From: Rhina ancylostomus
Taxonomy: Eukaryota
Length of the DNA stretch: 64,000 bases
NCBI GenBank assembly: GCA_030265395.1
Contig: JARFYF010000118.1
Span: 34,794,833-34,858,832 of the forward strand
Direction: 5' to 3'
The notes beneath the pieces were generated by a model that had not been told where the DNA came from, searched no databases, and saw only the letters and a program-made list of their open reading frames with translations. Below are positions 40,096-52,899 of the stretch, piece by piece; the first letter of the stretch is position 1; each line of letters begins with the position of its first letter. The position numbers and the translations under genes are program-made.

Positions 40096-41704
40096 AAGTG
40101 GGTTTTACAACCTATCTGCAAACTGTTGGTTATCAATGTAATGCAGGAAAGTGCAGCATCTCATATGGACATAGAACTCTCCTATAAATAACAGTGAGAT
40201 TAGAATCAGGTAATCTGCCTAATAAGTGTTAAATTAATGGACAAATATTAGTCTGCCAACAATTTTTCTTTGAATAAGGCTGAGGGACCTTTTACATGTC
40301 AGGGCAGAAGAGACCTTGGTTTAACCTCTCATCTAGGAAACATGCTTAGCCCAGTTCATAATTTCCTATTTTAGATCAGCCTGTGGCTAAACTATCCTTA
40401 ATTTATTTCTTGAATGTTGTTCACTAAACTTTGTTGATGCCATTCTTGGTAACAAGGCACAGTATTATATTTCATACTGTTTGTAGAAAATTCAGAACTT
40501 CTTACCCTTCAGACAACCATCTTGTCTCCAATTATGTTTGATTCAAGTTTACGACTGTAGAAATTCACCCCCTATTACATCCACTAATTGCATGAGTTAG
40601 CAACGTATTCTGAAATACTTCAATGGAACTGATTTTCGGGAACGGAGTTCAACACCCAGCATTGAGCATTTAGTTGATACAACAGAAGACAAACAAATGC
40701 CCCAGTGTTATTTTATGTCAGAATTGTGCCCAAACACAACATGAATTCACTCATCAATAATCAACACTCATCTCATTTAATATGAACAGTCTTTGTTCAA
40801 TATTTAATAAATGTGTTTGTGACATCAACTTCAGTATTGTGGCCTCTCAGTAATCAAAAGGTGTCTTCTTAAAATTGCAATGTGCTAGATATCAAAAGCA
40901 ATGACTTGCATTCCCTACAGGGACATCACAAGGCTTTGATTCAGAGCAGCTAGGTTCAGAAATACTGAAAGGTAAAACTATAGAGGGCAGCTTTGTACTC
41001 AGTCATTCTTAAAAAGAGGCTTGAATTTACATACCACCACAGATCATCCCAGTTAATTAATTTTCTATTGTAGCCGTTGTGACGTGTGTAAGTAAAAAGC
41101 AAGTGCTAAATCTGAAACACTCCTCGGAACAAGCACATGCTCATAGAAATGCATAATCAGCACAATGTCATCCATGGATTGTGTGCCGACTACAGTCTTG
41201 TTAGTCATTAGCTTTGCAGAGATCTTTCATTTTTGTACCTATTGATCACCCATTCACACCCCATGAAGGACACACTGCCTCGATGCTCTCTCCATTATAG
41301 TCAAGGCCCCAGTGGGNNNNNNNNNNNNNNNNNNNNNNNNNNNNNNNNNNNNNNNNNNNNNNNNNNNNNNNNNNNNNNNNNNNNNNNNNNNNNNNNNNNN
41401 NNNNNNNNNNNNNNNNNNNNNNNNNNNNNNNNNNNNNNNNNNNNNNNNNNNNNNAGGGACACCACGAGGCTTTGATTCAGTGCAGTTAAAGTCAGAACGG
41501 CATGTAGAGGGTCATCATTTGTTCAATGTGCAAAAGCACCATACCCACACGCACACAATCGAGCAAGACTAGCTGGCTGGAAACAGCAACCTTGACTGAT
41601 TTCCTTTATCCCCTCACCCCAACCCAGAATCATTGAGACCACTTCTTACATGCTTCACACTGATGTACCACCTCAGGAGACAGATGTATCAGTGCACCCT
41701 GAAA

Positions 41705-42268
41705 TTTAAGAACCAGGAGCAAGAATGGGCCATAGATTCCCTCTAGACTGTTTGCATTCAGTAAGATCCTATTGTTTCAATCTCACTTTCTACCTATTTG
41801 CATGTGTTGATAATTTTAGTGAGAAAAAAATCTACCTTTTCATACACTCAACAGTTACCCAAGCATGTGAAGAATTCCGAAACGCCAGTAAATAAATTTC
41901 TCCTCATCTTGAGCTACAATGGCTGACCGTTTTTCACGTGACAATGCCCTCCCGTACTAGACACTCCAGCCAGAGCATTTTAGTGGCTACCTTGACAATC
42001 CCTCACAGAATGTTATATGTTTCAGTCAGTTGACTGCTCCTTCTCCTAAGGTCCAGAGGGTTTGGGCCAGTCTTACTCACGGGACAACCCCTCATGCCAG
42101 GGTTGGTAATTGACCACTGTTAGTTGTCCCTAGTGTGAGTGGTAGCATCTGGGGCGAGCTGATGGGAATGTGAGGAAAATAAATTAGAATTAATGTAAAT
42201 GGGCTATTGGTGATCAGCACAAACTCAGTGGGCCGAAGGGCCTGTTTCTGTGCTATTTGACTCTATTG
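41705..42268. mobile_element. Old CR1 fragment (-) abutting a SINE 3' half with a CR1-type tail (+)
   Basis: Reverse CR1 tail at ~41705; gggccgaagggcctgtttctgtgct tail at ~42230-42265. Confidence 0.65.
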
Positions 42269-42414
42269 GAATAAATGATATCTTACAATTCCTGGAAAGG
42301 TATGCATGATATAGATGCAAGCAATTGTAAATGAATCAATGTAGTGAATCTACACTGCAACACCTCCAGGCAAATAAATTGATGTTTAGTTTAAAAAAGC
42401 CCTTAAATATCACC

Positions 42415-43295
42415 GTACGTGGTTTCAGATTGTGCCAGAGCACTTTACACCCAATGAAGCAATTTTGATATGCAGGTTGGTAGGTTGGCCATACAAAGAG
42501 CCATATGTTACTGAGAAAGTACTCTGTAAAGTGAGTGATAAATACTGGCCATCTCACTGTGGATAACTCTACTGTTCTTCTTCAGAACAATGTTGTGGGA
42601 TCTCTTACATCCAGATGAGAGCAGATGGAGCTTTGCTTTAATGTCTCAACTAAAAGAGAGCTCCTTCAACAGTGGAGCACTCCCTCAAATTGTCATGGTT
42701 CCGAGTGCTGGCCCTCAATTCAGCTCCATTGATGGTGACTCATTGTGCAGCACATGGAGTCCATGCACTACTAATCGCATAACAACACACACCTGAGCCC
42801 TATCAGGAAACTAGCATAAGAGCCCTGGTTTCACTGGCACTAGTTGCCAGAGTATTGGTCAATCTTTGGGTATACTTTGACTTCTGGCTGCTTAGAGTTG
42901 ACAACTCTAGGGCAGTCCTGGTTTTACCGTTCCTCTTAGAATATCCNNNNNNNNNNNNNNNNNNNNNNNNNNNNNNNNNNNNNNNNNNNNNNNNNNNNNN
43001 NNNNNNNNNNNNNNNNNNNNNNNNNNNNNNNNNNNNNNNNNNNNNNCAGTTTTCGTGTTGGGACCCCACCTCAGAGCCCCAAGGAAAGATTCCTTCCAGT
43101 TGCTGCCTGTGTTTGGTTCTGAGGAAGCATCCCGACTCCAGTCTTGTACCAGTGCGCTGCATTTGGGTTCTCTGTGAGCTCGCTCTTAGCTTGACATTGT
43201 GACATCAATACCAGAATTGTGTGCTCTAGTCACCGATGTGGGACTTAAACCCAGAGGCTTCCAACACGATGGTAAGAACTGAGCCACAGCTGACA
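42415..43295 (-). mobile_element. Deu-domain SINE split by a solo LTR
   Basis: The core runs to cactccctca at ~42688 and resumes after 43204 with tgtgctc...gtgggacttaaaccc...actgagccacagctgac. Confidence 0.7.
42691..43204 (+). mobile_element. Solo LTR of the same family, inserted in a Deu-type SINE
   Basis: TGTCATGG...TGTGACA termini shared with two other copies in the window; no clean target-site duplication. Confidence 0.75.
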
Positions 43296-44947
43296 CAATA
43301 TTTGGTGCAGAGAGCAAAAGTGCTCACATAGCATTGACCAGATCTGGCTGCAGGGACTGATTCCTATACACAGATGGGGACATTAAAATCTCTTCATTTT
43401 TCCAGAAGGCCAGTTGCCATTGCCCAACACCCACCCAACCAACAGCTTACTGCCAAAAGAGAATAGCAACTGATCACTCCAGCACTGTGAGATAGCCCCA
43501 TTGCTACAATGGCAGAGCACCACACTGCCCTAACCATTTGAATTGCTGGAGAAAATCTTTTCCTTGTACAAAATGCAGCAAAACACATAGACAGGTCGAC
43601 ATTTTCTTTGACTTTCAGCAAGTTGAATAGCCAACCAATAATTCAGAATGGTTGAATGTGGAAAAAGTGATGAATAACCTCAATTGGCACAATGGTGCCA
43701 ACTTATGCTGTGATAGTAACCAAAAATAAACTTTAATTTAGCATATAAATCTGCTTAGTTGATCAGATGCCCATTGGAATTCTGTTTCTTAAATGCTGGG
43801 TGTTGTTTGGCATGGAGTAGCAAGACCACTTCAGGGAGGTGACTATACACAATGCTAATTAAACGTATGTAACCAATTAGTAATTTTCCTGACACAGACA
43901 AAAACCAAGGCATTTCTTGAGCGCAGATGAGTCAGCGCCCAAGAGTTCTCTTGTATAAATACTATAGGTATCAAACTTCCTTGTATGCTGACTAACTAAG
44001 CCTTTTAAGGCACTTTCTAGTCATGCGAGGGTATAAAAGACTGGAGGCAGTGTATAAATATATGAAGGCCTCATTGAGGATCATAAAAATATTTTGCAGC
44101 CAAAATAAGTCTAAATTCTGGCTCTCTTCATAACAGTGATAGTTTCAGTTTTGTTCAGTTAAGAAATCACCTCACATAATATGGCCTTCTGTTATTCAAA
44201 GTTTTAATGGACTGGGTCTCTATCAACAACTTTTAATAGATACAGCACAGTCTTTGTTTTTTACTGGCAGCACAGGAAATAATTAATTTAGCTAAATTAC
44301 GCAGAGCTCTGAAAGGCACTACACCCTTGTTAATGCTTAAGGGTGTACTGCTCTTCAGATTTCTGAAGCAACTACAGGTACGGTCATTGATTTAAGACAA
44401 TATATAGACTAGCATTAAATCCATACTGCCTTGATGCTGTATAAAGATAATAAATCTGGTCAGTCCAACACCACATTTGAGTAACAGAGGCTACTGTCAG
44501 CTACTGATTTGAGCCAGAAAGGTTACAGATTAGTTTAGTCATGTCAAGTGAACTGACAAAGACTTCTCTAATTTTGTTGGAAATGAGGAAACCTGATGGT
44601 AAAGGGGAATCCTAATGAGTCCATCAAAGGCTTGATTTGTACCCAACAGACAAGGCAGCTGTGAATTGTATGAAAATATTGGAAATCAATAGCTCCTATG
44701 GAATTTCATTAAGCAGCGGTATCCACAATTGATAGGGCTTCATAATTTGATGGATTGTGCAAAGAAAATGATTAGCTAGGCAGGAGGAGTGATAGAATAC
44801 ACACAGAGGGACCTGAGATGTATTGAAGTGAGGTAATTTGTACAAAATAAAAAAATATTGATTTTAGTTATGTGCAAAAACTTGAAATTGGAGGGAGGGG
44901 TTGTCTGGCAAGTCACTGCTTGACGTGTCCCTTTCATTTCCTTATAG

Positions 44948-47900
44948 TCCCAGGGGAAGGACCGGACGATGCTGATAGTGGGAATGAAAGTAGGAGCGGA
45001 AGTGAGGAAACGCACATCTGCGAGAAATGCTGTGCAGAGTTCTTCAAGTGGCCTGACTTCATGGAGCACCAGAAGAATTGCACGAAGAACCCGCTAGTCT
45101 TAATCGTCAACGACGAGGAGGCAGCGCACTCGGAGGACTTCCCTGAGGCTTCCCCCGCCAGTAGCCCAAGTGATCAAGTGGAGAGCGAGGCTGGTGAGGA
45201 CAATGGTCCACTAGAAGGGAACGACTGCTCTGAGCTAAAGAATACTGAGCAAGACGAGCCGATGGAGGTGGACACATCCACTGACAAAGGCTACCAAAAT
45301 CAAGGGTCCACCGGCACTGCTACTTTGCTACCTCAGATATCTGATTCATCTTCTATGACCAATTATAACATGCCAAACACTAATGTGACTTTAGAGACCT
45401 TGCAGAGCACTAAGGTGGCAGTAGCACAGTTTTCCCAGGACACCCGATCTAACAGCCCCACTTCAAGTCATACAATACCCACCATGGCTATTCCTATGAT
45501 CCTGGAGCAGTTGGTGGCTCTGCAGCAGCAACAGCTGCACCAGTTGCAACTGATCGAACAAATCCGCAACCAGGTAGCGATGATGAACCCGCAGTCACTG
45601 CACCCACTAAACCCCTCTGCACCCTCCCAAGGTACTCCAGTATCTGCTGCTAGCCAGCATGCTTCCTTCAGCGAGCATCCTTCCAACCCCTTGTCAGGTG
45701 TTATCTCAGCTTCCAGCACAGTGCAGGCACCCAATGTCCACACTTCAGCTTTTGATGGCTCCCAGCAGATCACTCAGCCCGCCTCTGGGGCTAGCACTCC
45801 TGTTTTACCCAGTAGTGCGTCACCAAGATTGGAATCCACTTTGCCTCCGTCCACAAGTGGAATTGCATCTTCCCTGACTCCAAGTTCCAGTTCAAACACA
45901 AATAACACTTCCTCTCAGTTGCAGTATTCGACTTCGTCACTTGCACACGGTAGTCTCCTCAGTCCAGCTTCCAGCATGCCTAATCCACTGCTACCTCAGA
46001 ATTCCTCAAGTGGTGTGATCTTCCCAAACCCCTTGGTCAGCATTGCTGCCACAACCAATGCTCTGGACCCACTGGCTGCCCTAATGAAGCATCGCAAAGG
46101 GAAACCACCCAATGTCTCTGTGTTCGACCCTAAAACAAGTTCAGAAGATCCATTTTTCAAGCATAAGTGTAGGTTTTGTGCTAAGGTCTTCGGAAGTGAC
46201 AGTGCATTACAGATTCACCTTCGTTCTCACACTGGAGAAAGACCATTCAAGTGTAATATTTGCGGAAATCGGTTTTCCACCAAAGGTAATCTCAAGGTAC
46301 ACTTCCAGAGGCATAAAGAAAAATACCCTCATATCCAGATGAATCCATATCCAGTTCCTGAATACCTGGATAATGTACCTACTAGCACTGGTATTCCATA
46401 TGGGATGTCCTTGCCACCTGAAAAACCAGTGACAACCTGGCTGGACACCAAGCCTGTGCTGTCAACCATACCAACATCAGTTGGATTACAGTTGCCTCCA
46501 ACTCTATCAAGTATTACCAGTGAATCACCAGCGGTGACTCCTTTAAGCAGGTCACCCCAAAGACCATCACCTCCATCAAGTGAATGTGCTTCTCTGTCAC
46601 CAAACATGAACAAGAATGATTCCAGTATTCCAATAACCGCAGAGTCTCCGCAGTCAATTACTGGTGGTAATATTGTTTCAATGGTCCAAGGTTCGAATGT
46701 ACCTGCTTCAGGTTTCAAGACAGTAGAAAGTTGTGCATCTGGGCAGTCAGTTTCATCAGCTGCGTGCTCCACCACGTTCACTACATGTGCAGAGAGCGGA
46801 GTGAACAGCGTTCCCACGACCCTTCCCAGTCCTCTGCTCCCCATCATATCTGATCAGTTCAAGGCAAAATTTCCCTTTGGCGGCCTGTTGGATTCTATGC
46901 AAACATCTGAGACCTCAAAGCTGCAGCAGCTGGTGGAGAACATCGACAAAAAGATGACGGACCCCAACCAGTGTGTCATCTGTCACCGTGTACTCAGTTG
47001 TCAGAGTGCTCTGAAGATGCATTACCGCACGCACACAGGCGAGAGGCCGTTTAAATGCAAGATATGTGGGCGTGCTTTTACCACCAAGGGGAACTTAAAG
47101 ACACACTTTGGAGTTCACCGTGCAAAGCCGCCTCTTCGAGTACAGCACTCTTGTCCCATTTGCCAGAAGAAATTCACAAATGCCGTAGTTTTACAGCAAC
47201 ATATTCGCATGCATATGGGAGGCCAGATTCCCAACACTCCATTGCCAGAGGGCTTCTCAGACAGCCTGGACAGAGACTTAACCTGTGATGAAATGAACGC
47301 AGAACTAATGAGCAACTACCCTGACGATGAATTGATGGATGAAAATTCAGTGGACGAGGAGGCAGAATTAAACATTGCCTCAACGGAGTCTTCGAAACAG
47401 TTGTTATGCTATTCTGGCTCGTCACCCAACTCACCGCCTTCGGTGATATCCAACATTGCCGCACTGGAGAATCAGATGAAGATAATAGATTGTGCTCTGG
47501 GCACACAGCAGCGATCCAGTGTGAAATCTGTTGAAAACGGATCCATGGAAAGCGATCGCTTAACAAATGACTCTTCCTCTGCTGTGGGTGATCTGGAAAG
47601 TCAAAGTGCTGGTAGCCCCGCACTGTCAGAGTGCTCTTCCTCGATGCAGGCATTGTCACCCGCACCCAGCAACGCTGGGAGTCAAAGGTCAAAGTCACCA
47701 AGCTTTGGCAACCACGAGGAGCCACATGAGACTCCGGTGAAATTAGAAAAAGTGGACAGTCCATCAACTCATCGGGAGACTGGAGGTGCACTTGATCTGA
47801 CAGCCAACAACCTGACCCGGCCGATCATCAAAGAAGAGGCTTTTAGTATGCTGTTCCCCAACCAAGAATGTGGTAAGTTGAAAAGTACTGTTTGTAGTAT

Positions 47901-48429
47901 CTGTGGGAAACCTTTTGCTTGTAAAAGTGCGTTGGAAATTCACTACCGCAGCCATACTAAAGAGCGTCCATTCCTTTGCACAATCTGCAATCGTGGTTGC
48001 TCCACTATGGGTAATTTAAAACAGCACTTACTGACTCACAAGATGAAAGAACTTCCTTCTCAGTTATTTGAACCCAACTCCACTCTAGGTCCCACCCAAA
48101 GTACTCCTAGCCTGGTCACCAGCACTGCACCAACCGTGGTCAAAATGGAAGTCAATGGTCACAGCAAGCCGATCTCCCTAGGTGATGGCACGCAGGTTCC
48201 AGTTGGTATACAGGCTCCATCTACACCACAGACAGCTATGAGTCCAGGTATGACACCCATTCTGGCACCGCCACCTCGTCGGACTCCCAAGCAGCATAAC
48301 TGTCCGTCCTGTGGGAAGACCTTTTCTTCTGCAAGTGCTCTTCAGATCCATGAGCGCACTCACACTGGTGAAAAGCCTTTTGGCTGCACAATCTGTGGCA
48401 GAGCTTTTACAACAAAAGGGAATCTTAAG
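44948..48429 (+). CDS. SALL3: SALL3 coding exon 2: C2HC finger, Q-rich multimerisation region, zinc-finger clusters 1-3 and most of cluster 4
   Basis: Lies inside the 1190-aa ORF 44872-48444. Acceptor tttcatttccttatag|TC at 44947 (phase 1) and donor AAG|GTAAGA at 48430 (phase 0). Motifs [44 protein letters not shown] and SAL boxes FS/TTKGNLK. The [16 protein letters not shown] segment fits SALL3 better than SALL1, SALL2 or SALL4. Confidence 0.96.
47873..48088 (+). other. SALL3: Candidate in-frame exitron (216 nt, 72 codons) encoding zinc-finger cluster 3
   Basis: Donor TG|GTAAGT at 47873, branch-like TACTGAC near 48029-48035, acceptor ctctag|GT at 48088; both ends are phase 1. Confidence 0.75.
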
Positions 48430-51400
48430 GTAAGATCATTTTGATGTATAAATTAGTGATAAGAACTTATCGGCTGCTTCTCTTTTAACCATGAATCTGC
48501 AGATGTAAATCTGAAACAGAATGTTAGCACAGCAAATGTGATAACTGGTACTTGAATGGTTGAAAAATGGGACCTTATCAAAAATAACATTTGTCTTCAC
48601 TTTGAGGTTTTGATCTAAATGCAGTTCTAGACACACACACCACACTCTCACACTCTCACAGACTAACATACACACACTGCATTTGCTGACCTTAATAGGC
48701 AACAGATTCCAGGGTCGTTATTAAATAATTAAAAAAATTAACTAACAAAATATGATAAATTATTTTTATTGAATAATACTAAAGGACATTTGGCACAGCA
48801 AAGGAATAGTTACATTGCTAAAACTATAATTTTTGTCATAATTTTATTCACAATTGAATTGCAAATGTTTCTAAGTATTGTTTAAAAAAACAGATTTGAC
48901 ATTGACTATTGAAAAACCTTTCCATTTTTCAAACTTCACTTATTTACTCCACACACCTTACCATCTGCCTTTGTTACTGGAACTTATCTTAACAGCATTT
49001 TCTTATAGGAAATATCTCACTGTAAAATCAGCAAGTGGGATGGTGTTTACCCCTTAAGACTGCTTTCAACTTCATTAGAAGAGTCTGTTTTAGAATGCTG
49101 CGCAATGACTGGAGTATTTGCTTAAACTAAACTTTCCAAACTTAGTACGTTCTCCTCAAAAAACTAGAGATATCCAAGAAAGGTTTATTTTGTCATATAA
49201 AATTAGAAAACTTTTGCCCTGCTAATATATCAAATGCTATACCATAAATTGAAGGTTTTAGGTGTATTATTAAAATATTTGAATGCACTACTATAAAGTC
49301 ACATGAACTTTTAATGAACCAAATTAACAACCACACAAGGTCTAACCTATTACAATTTCTGGCCTCCGCTAAAAAACAATTAAATATATAATCTGAGGCA
49401 AGTATTTAATAAGAATAAAATAAAATATCCTTCCACTAATACTTCAAACTGTGCTTATCTCGTGTACTGTTACTGTAAAGAATGTAAACTCTTGATATTC
49501 TAAGCACTGACTGTCTTAAAAGTGACACATAACAATAATACTAGCAATGAAAATGTAAAAATGGCAGATGCTAGAAATCTGAAATAAAAGCAGACAATGC
49601 AGGAAACATATAGCAGGTCAGTCCGCATCATCTTCTCAGATGAATAATAGTGGCAAATCAAATTAAAAATGCTGCATTGATTTTCTCTTTTACAATAAAA
49701 CATTTGTGCTTGGAAATTCATTGCCAATTGGTTGTGCTCAAGCAGCATCAGCAAGTTGTACTCCATTTCTGCAATTCATTGCAAAGAAGTTATGGGAACT
49801 GATTTTTGGAAGCAAAGTAAAATAGGCTGATGCTACTATATAGGTCCTTGAACACAGCCAAGCAGCAACCAATTTTGAACCATTATCTTTTTAAACTGGT
49901 GTCTGCTTTAGTAAATTAGTAATAAATCTGTGCATTGTAACTGAATGTTAATGTGGTGTACTCAAATAACACTCCTTTCGTTCTCTGATGTAATGACCAA
50001 AATACTTTTAAGCTGTGATGTCTCAGCATTCTGCCTCTTAACAATTCTTTGCTTTAGACCAATTTCATTTGGAGGGATCGTAGGTATAAACTGGCTGGGG
50101 TTACTTCTTGAAAATCCTTCTGTGACAGTTAAAGCTGTGCAGTTATAGCTTGCAACATATTTGTATATGTGGTTTATTTGCAAACATTAAAGCTTGCTTT
50201 TGAACCAAATTGTCAGGGTATAATGTTAAAGGTGCATTACGTTGCTGCTCAACTCCTCACTCCAATTTACATAATTACCAAAGGGAGATTCAATGCTGGC
50301 CAATTACAGCTGATAATAAAAGAGGGCCATCGCTTTCCTCTGCCCATCTCAGTTACTATTTCTTGATGATAAGGTGCCAAAGGAGTAGGAATTCATCTTC
50401 AACTGCTTGCGCTGAATGATTAGTGACTGCATTGAAATCTTTGGAGCCAAATTTCAGAAATGGAGTACAACTGCAAACAGAAGTGACTGATGACATCTTT
50501 CCAACTCCCTTCTGTTGTTAGCCCAATTAAAACCAAAGAGCCTAAAGAAAGAGGAACTCCCACTATGATTGATACTTTGGGCTCTCTCTGCACAATATTT
50601 TCTTGGGATGTTCTGAGCCAATAGTATTGGAACTGCAAGAATTACAGAGCATAGCTTGTTTGTTAGTGCTGTGTTGCTGTCATGTCTGTAAGTTGGAGGA
50701 GCAGAGGGAAACAGCATCATATCCTGATCTCATCCTAGCATACTGTTATGATATTTAAACACGGCATCCTCAATTAAGCATAAAGTCTCTTTCACTTGCA
50801 CTGTTAATATTTGCAAACAAATTAACATTGTGGAATTTCTTGAGCCAGAATGAAAATTGCTGTTAACCAATTTGATTTGTGAATTAAATTTTCTTATCAC
50901 TAATTAGTCCTAAATCATTACATATAATAGTAGCTTTCTCATAATCTGATTTTCAGTCGTGTGTGGTTTCATATTATTAAAAGAAAACAAAAATCAAATT
51001 CTTAATAAGCAACTCATTGAAGAGATTCATAATTCTAACTGCACCGTACTAAAGATGGATGGGAATTAATTTCATTCAGGCATTTTTCTTTCCGATGTCT
51101 GAATGTACATGGAGGCTCTTATTTGTGTGAATATAAGGAATGTGAAAGATGGGACAAAATTCATGCAAGAACACATTCACTCANNNNNNNNNNNNNNNNN
51201 NNNNNNNNNNNNNNNNNNNNNNNNNNNNNNNNNNNNNNNNNNNNNNNNNNNNNNNNNNNNNNNNNNNNNNNNNNNNNNNNNNNNNNNNNNNNNNNNNNNN
51301 NNNNNNNNNNNNNNNNNNNNNNNNNNNNNNNNNNNNNNNNNNNNNNNNNNNNNNNNNNNNNNNNNNNNNNNGTTTATATTTCCTTGTACCTGAAAGCATT

Positions 51401-51624
51401 GATTACCCAGGGAAGACTGCACAGCTGTCAGAGTTCACCAGTATCATTGAAATGGAGGAACAACAGTCAGGTTCCATAACCAACCTGCAGTTCTTTCTAC
51501 CCTGCATCCCAAGGACTTGCATTTTTATCCCTATTCAGTACGCTTATTGAATCGGGTGGACATTGATGTCAAGTGTTGGGAGGACTACCTTCACTGTACT
51601 GATCCTATAGTTAATGAAAATCAA

Positions 51625-51760
51625 AAAAAACTGCAGATCGGAAATGTAAACTTATAATGCTGGAAAAACTCAGCAGATCAGGCAGCAGGAATCTCTCTGT
51701 TTGATGAAGGGTCTTTGACTTGAAACATTAACTTGTTTCTTTTTCCACAGATGCTGCCTA
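51625..51760. mobile_element. Penelope-like termini in partially inverted arrangement, with a decayed hammerhead motif on +
   Basis: tgctggaaaaactcagcagatcaggcagca is followed by the opposite-orientation unit TTGATGA-agggtc ttt gactt-GAAAC-ATT-aact...ccacagatgctgcct. Confidence 0.55.
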
Positions 51761-52899
51761 ACAAATTAACTTATTATAAATTTTTATTTTGCTTTACTTA
51801 CATTCACTTGATTGACATGAGCATTGGGGGAGGGGTGCAAACAGATCAGCTTCTGATCATCAGTTACCTTAAGTCAATGGGACCAAATACTGAAAGTTAA
51901 GGTTAACTGCTAGATGATACTCCCACAAACTCTTACCACTGACAACCAAGTACATACTACACCCCAGATTTCCTCACAGGTAATCTTGACCAGAATTTTA
52001 AGCTCCCCTTCTGCTAATGTCTAAGCAAAGCAAAAATAACAAATTGTAATAGGTTATTCCACCATTTTTCATGGGAAAATCTGGAGATTTACTACCACCA
52101 GTCCAACTAATGATAGGATCAATACAGTGAAGAGAGTCCTTCCATCACTTGACATCCATCCCATCCAACAGGAATGAAAAATGGGAGCCCTAGAGTTGAT
52201 CTCTCTCATTCCACTCTGATCTATCAACAGTGGTTCTTTTCTCACACTCTCAGCTATAGTCACGTCTTTTTAAAGGAAGCTCTCTCCTTACCAACGGGAT
52301 TCCCTCCTCCACACCACATCACACTGTAACCCAAAGCAATTTTTGTTGATGTGTGGTATCCCTTTGAAGTCATAGCCTTCAAAGGCTATTACTTTGAAGT
52401 ATGAAACTATGGTTCCATAGTTTCTGATGTTGTGGTTTAGTTTACAGAATCAAATTTGCAGATATTGGTAGCAGCAAGTATAAGTTTTGAGTTTAAGTTA
52501 TAATTGTTGCTTCTCAGTGCACAGTTAATGCACACTGCGAATGCAGTTAAAGCTTTGATCAGCCACACATGTAAAGGTTAAAATGTTTGCGTAGACCGGT
52601 TCAATGCAACGGTGCTTTAACCAGTGTTAAGTTTGTTTATTTATACATCTCTATATTTGTGACTACCTTGTTAAAACCCAAATATTATATCTTCAGAACT
52701 TCATTCTTAACACGTTCTAAAGTAGTGGTAACCATGCTGTGCTCTGTATTTGAAAATCACTTCCAATTATTTCAACTGAATTGAATTTCAGAAGTAGAGG
52801 CCAGTGTACTACAGCCATGATGTGGTGCACTTAGCGCTGCCAATGAATTTATGAACAAGAGATACCATTTCTATCTTACAGCATCTGGTCATAGTTGGC

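Larger units (their letters stand above)
720..44947 (+). other. SALL3: SALL3 intron 1 (~44.2 kb including gaps)
   Basis: GT at 720-721, AG at 44946-44947, phase-consistent join (T+TC = Phe). Confidence 0.92.

Noticed and set aside
43914-44041. Small hairpin around TGAGTCA plus a downstream TATAAAA, as a possible internal promoter
   Set aside because: Short motifs like these are expected by chance in AT-rich DNA, and there is no supporting exon or donor evidence.
44872-44947. N-terminal extension of the 1190-aa ORF (MQKLEIGG...)
   Set aside because: It begins at a non-ATG codon in intron sequence that includes the polypyrimidine tract; the real N-terminus comes from exon 1.
45468-47791. Antisense ORFs of 101, 172 and 205 aa over exon 2
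   Set aside because: These are expected shadows of a long coding exon and contain no recognisable domain.
48050-48063. Alternative exitron acceptor cttccttctcag at 48063
   Set aside because: It has a good pyrimidine tract, but use with the 47873 donor removes 191 nt and shifts the frame, so it could give only an unproductive product.
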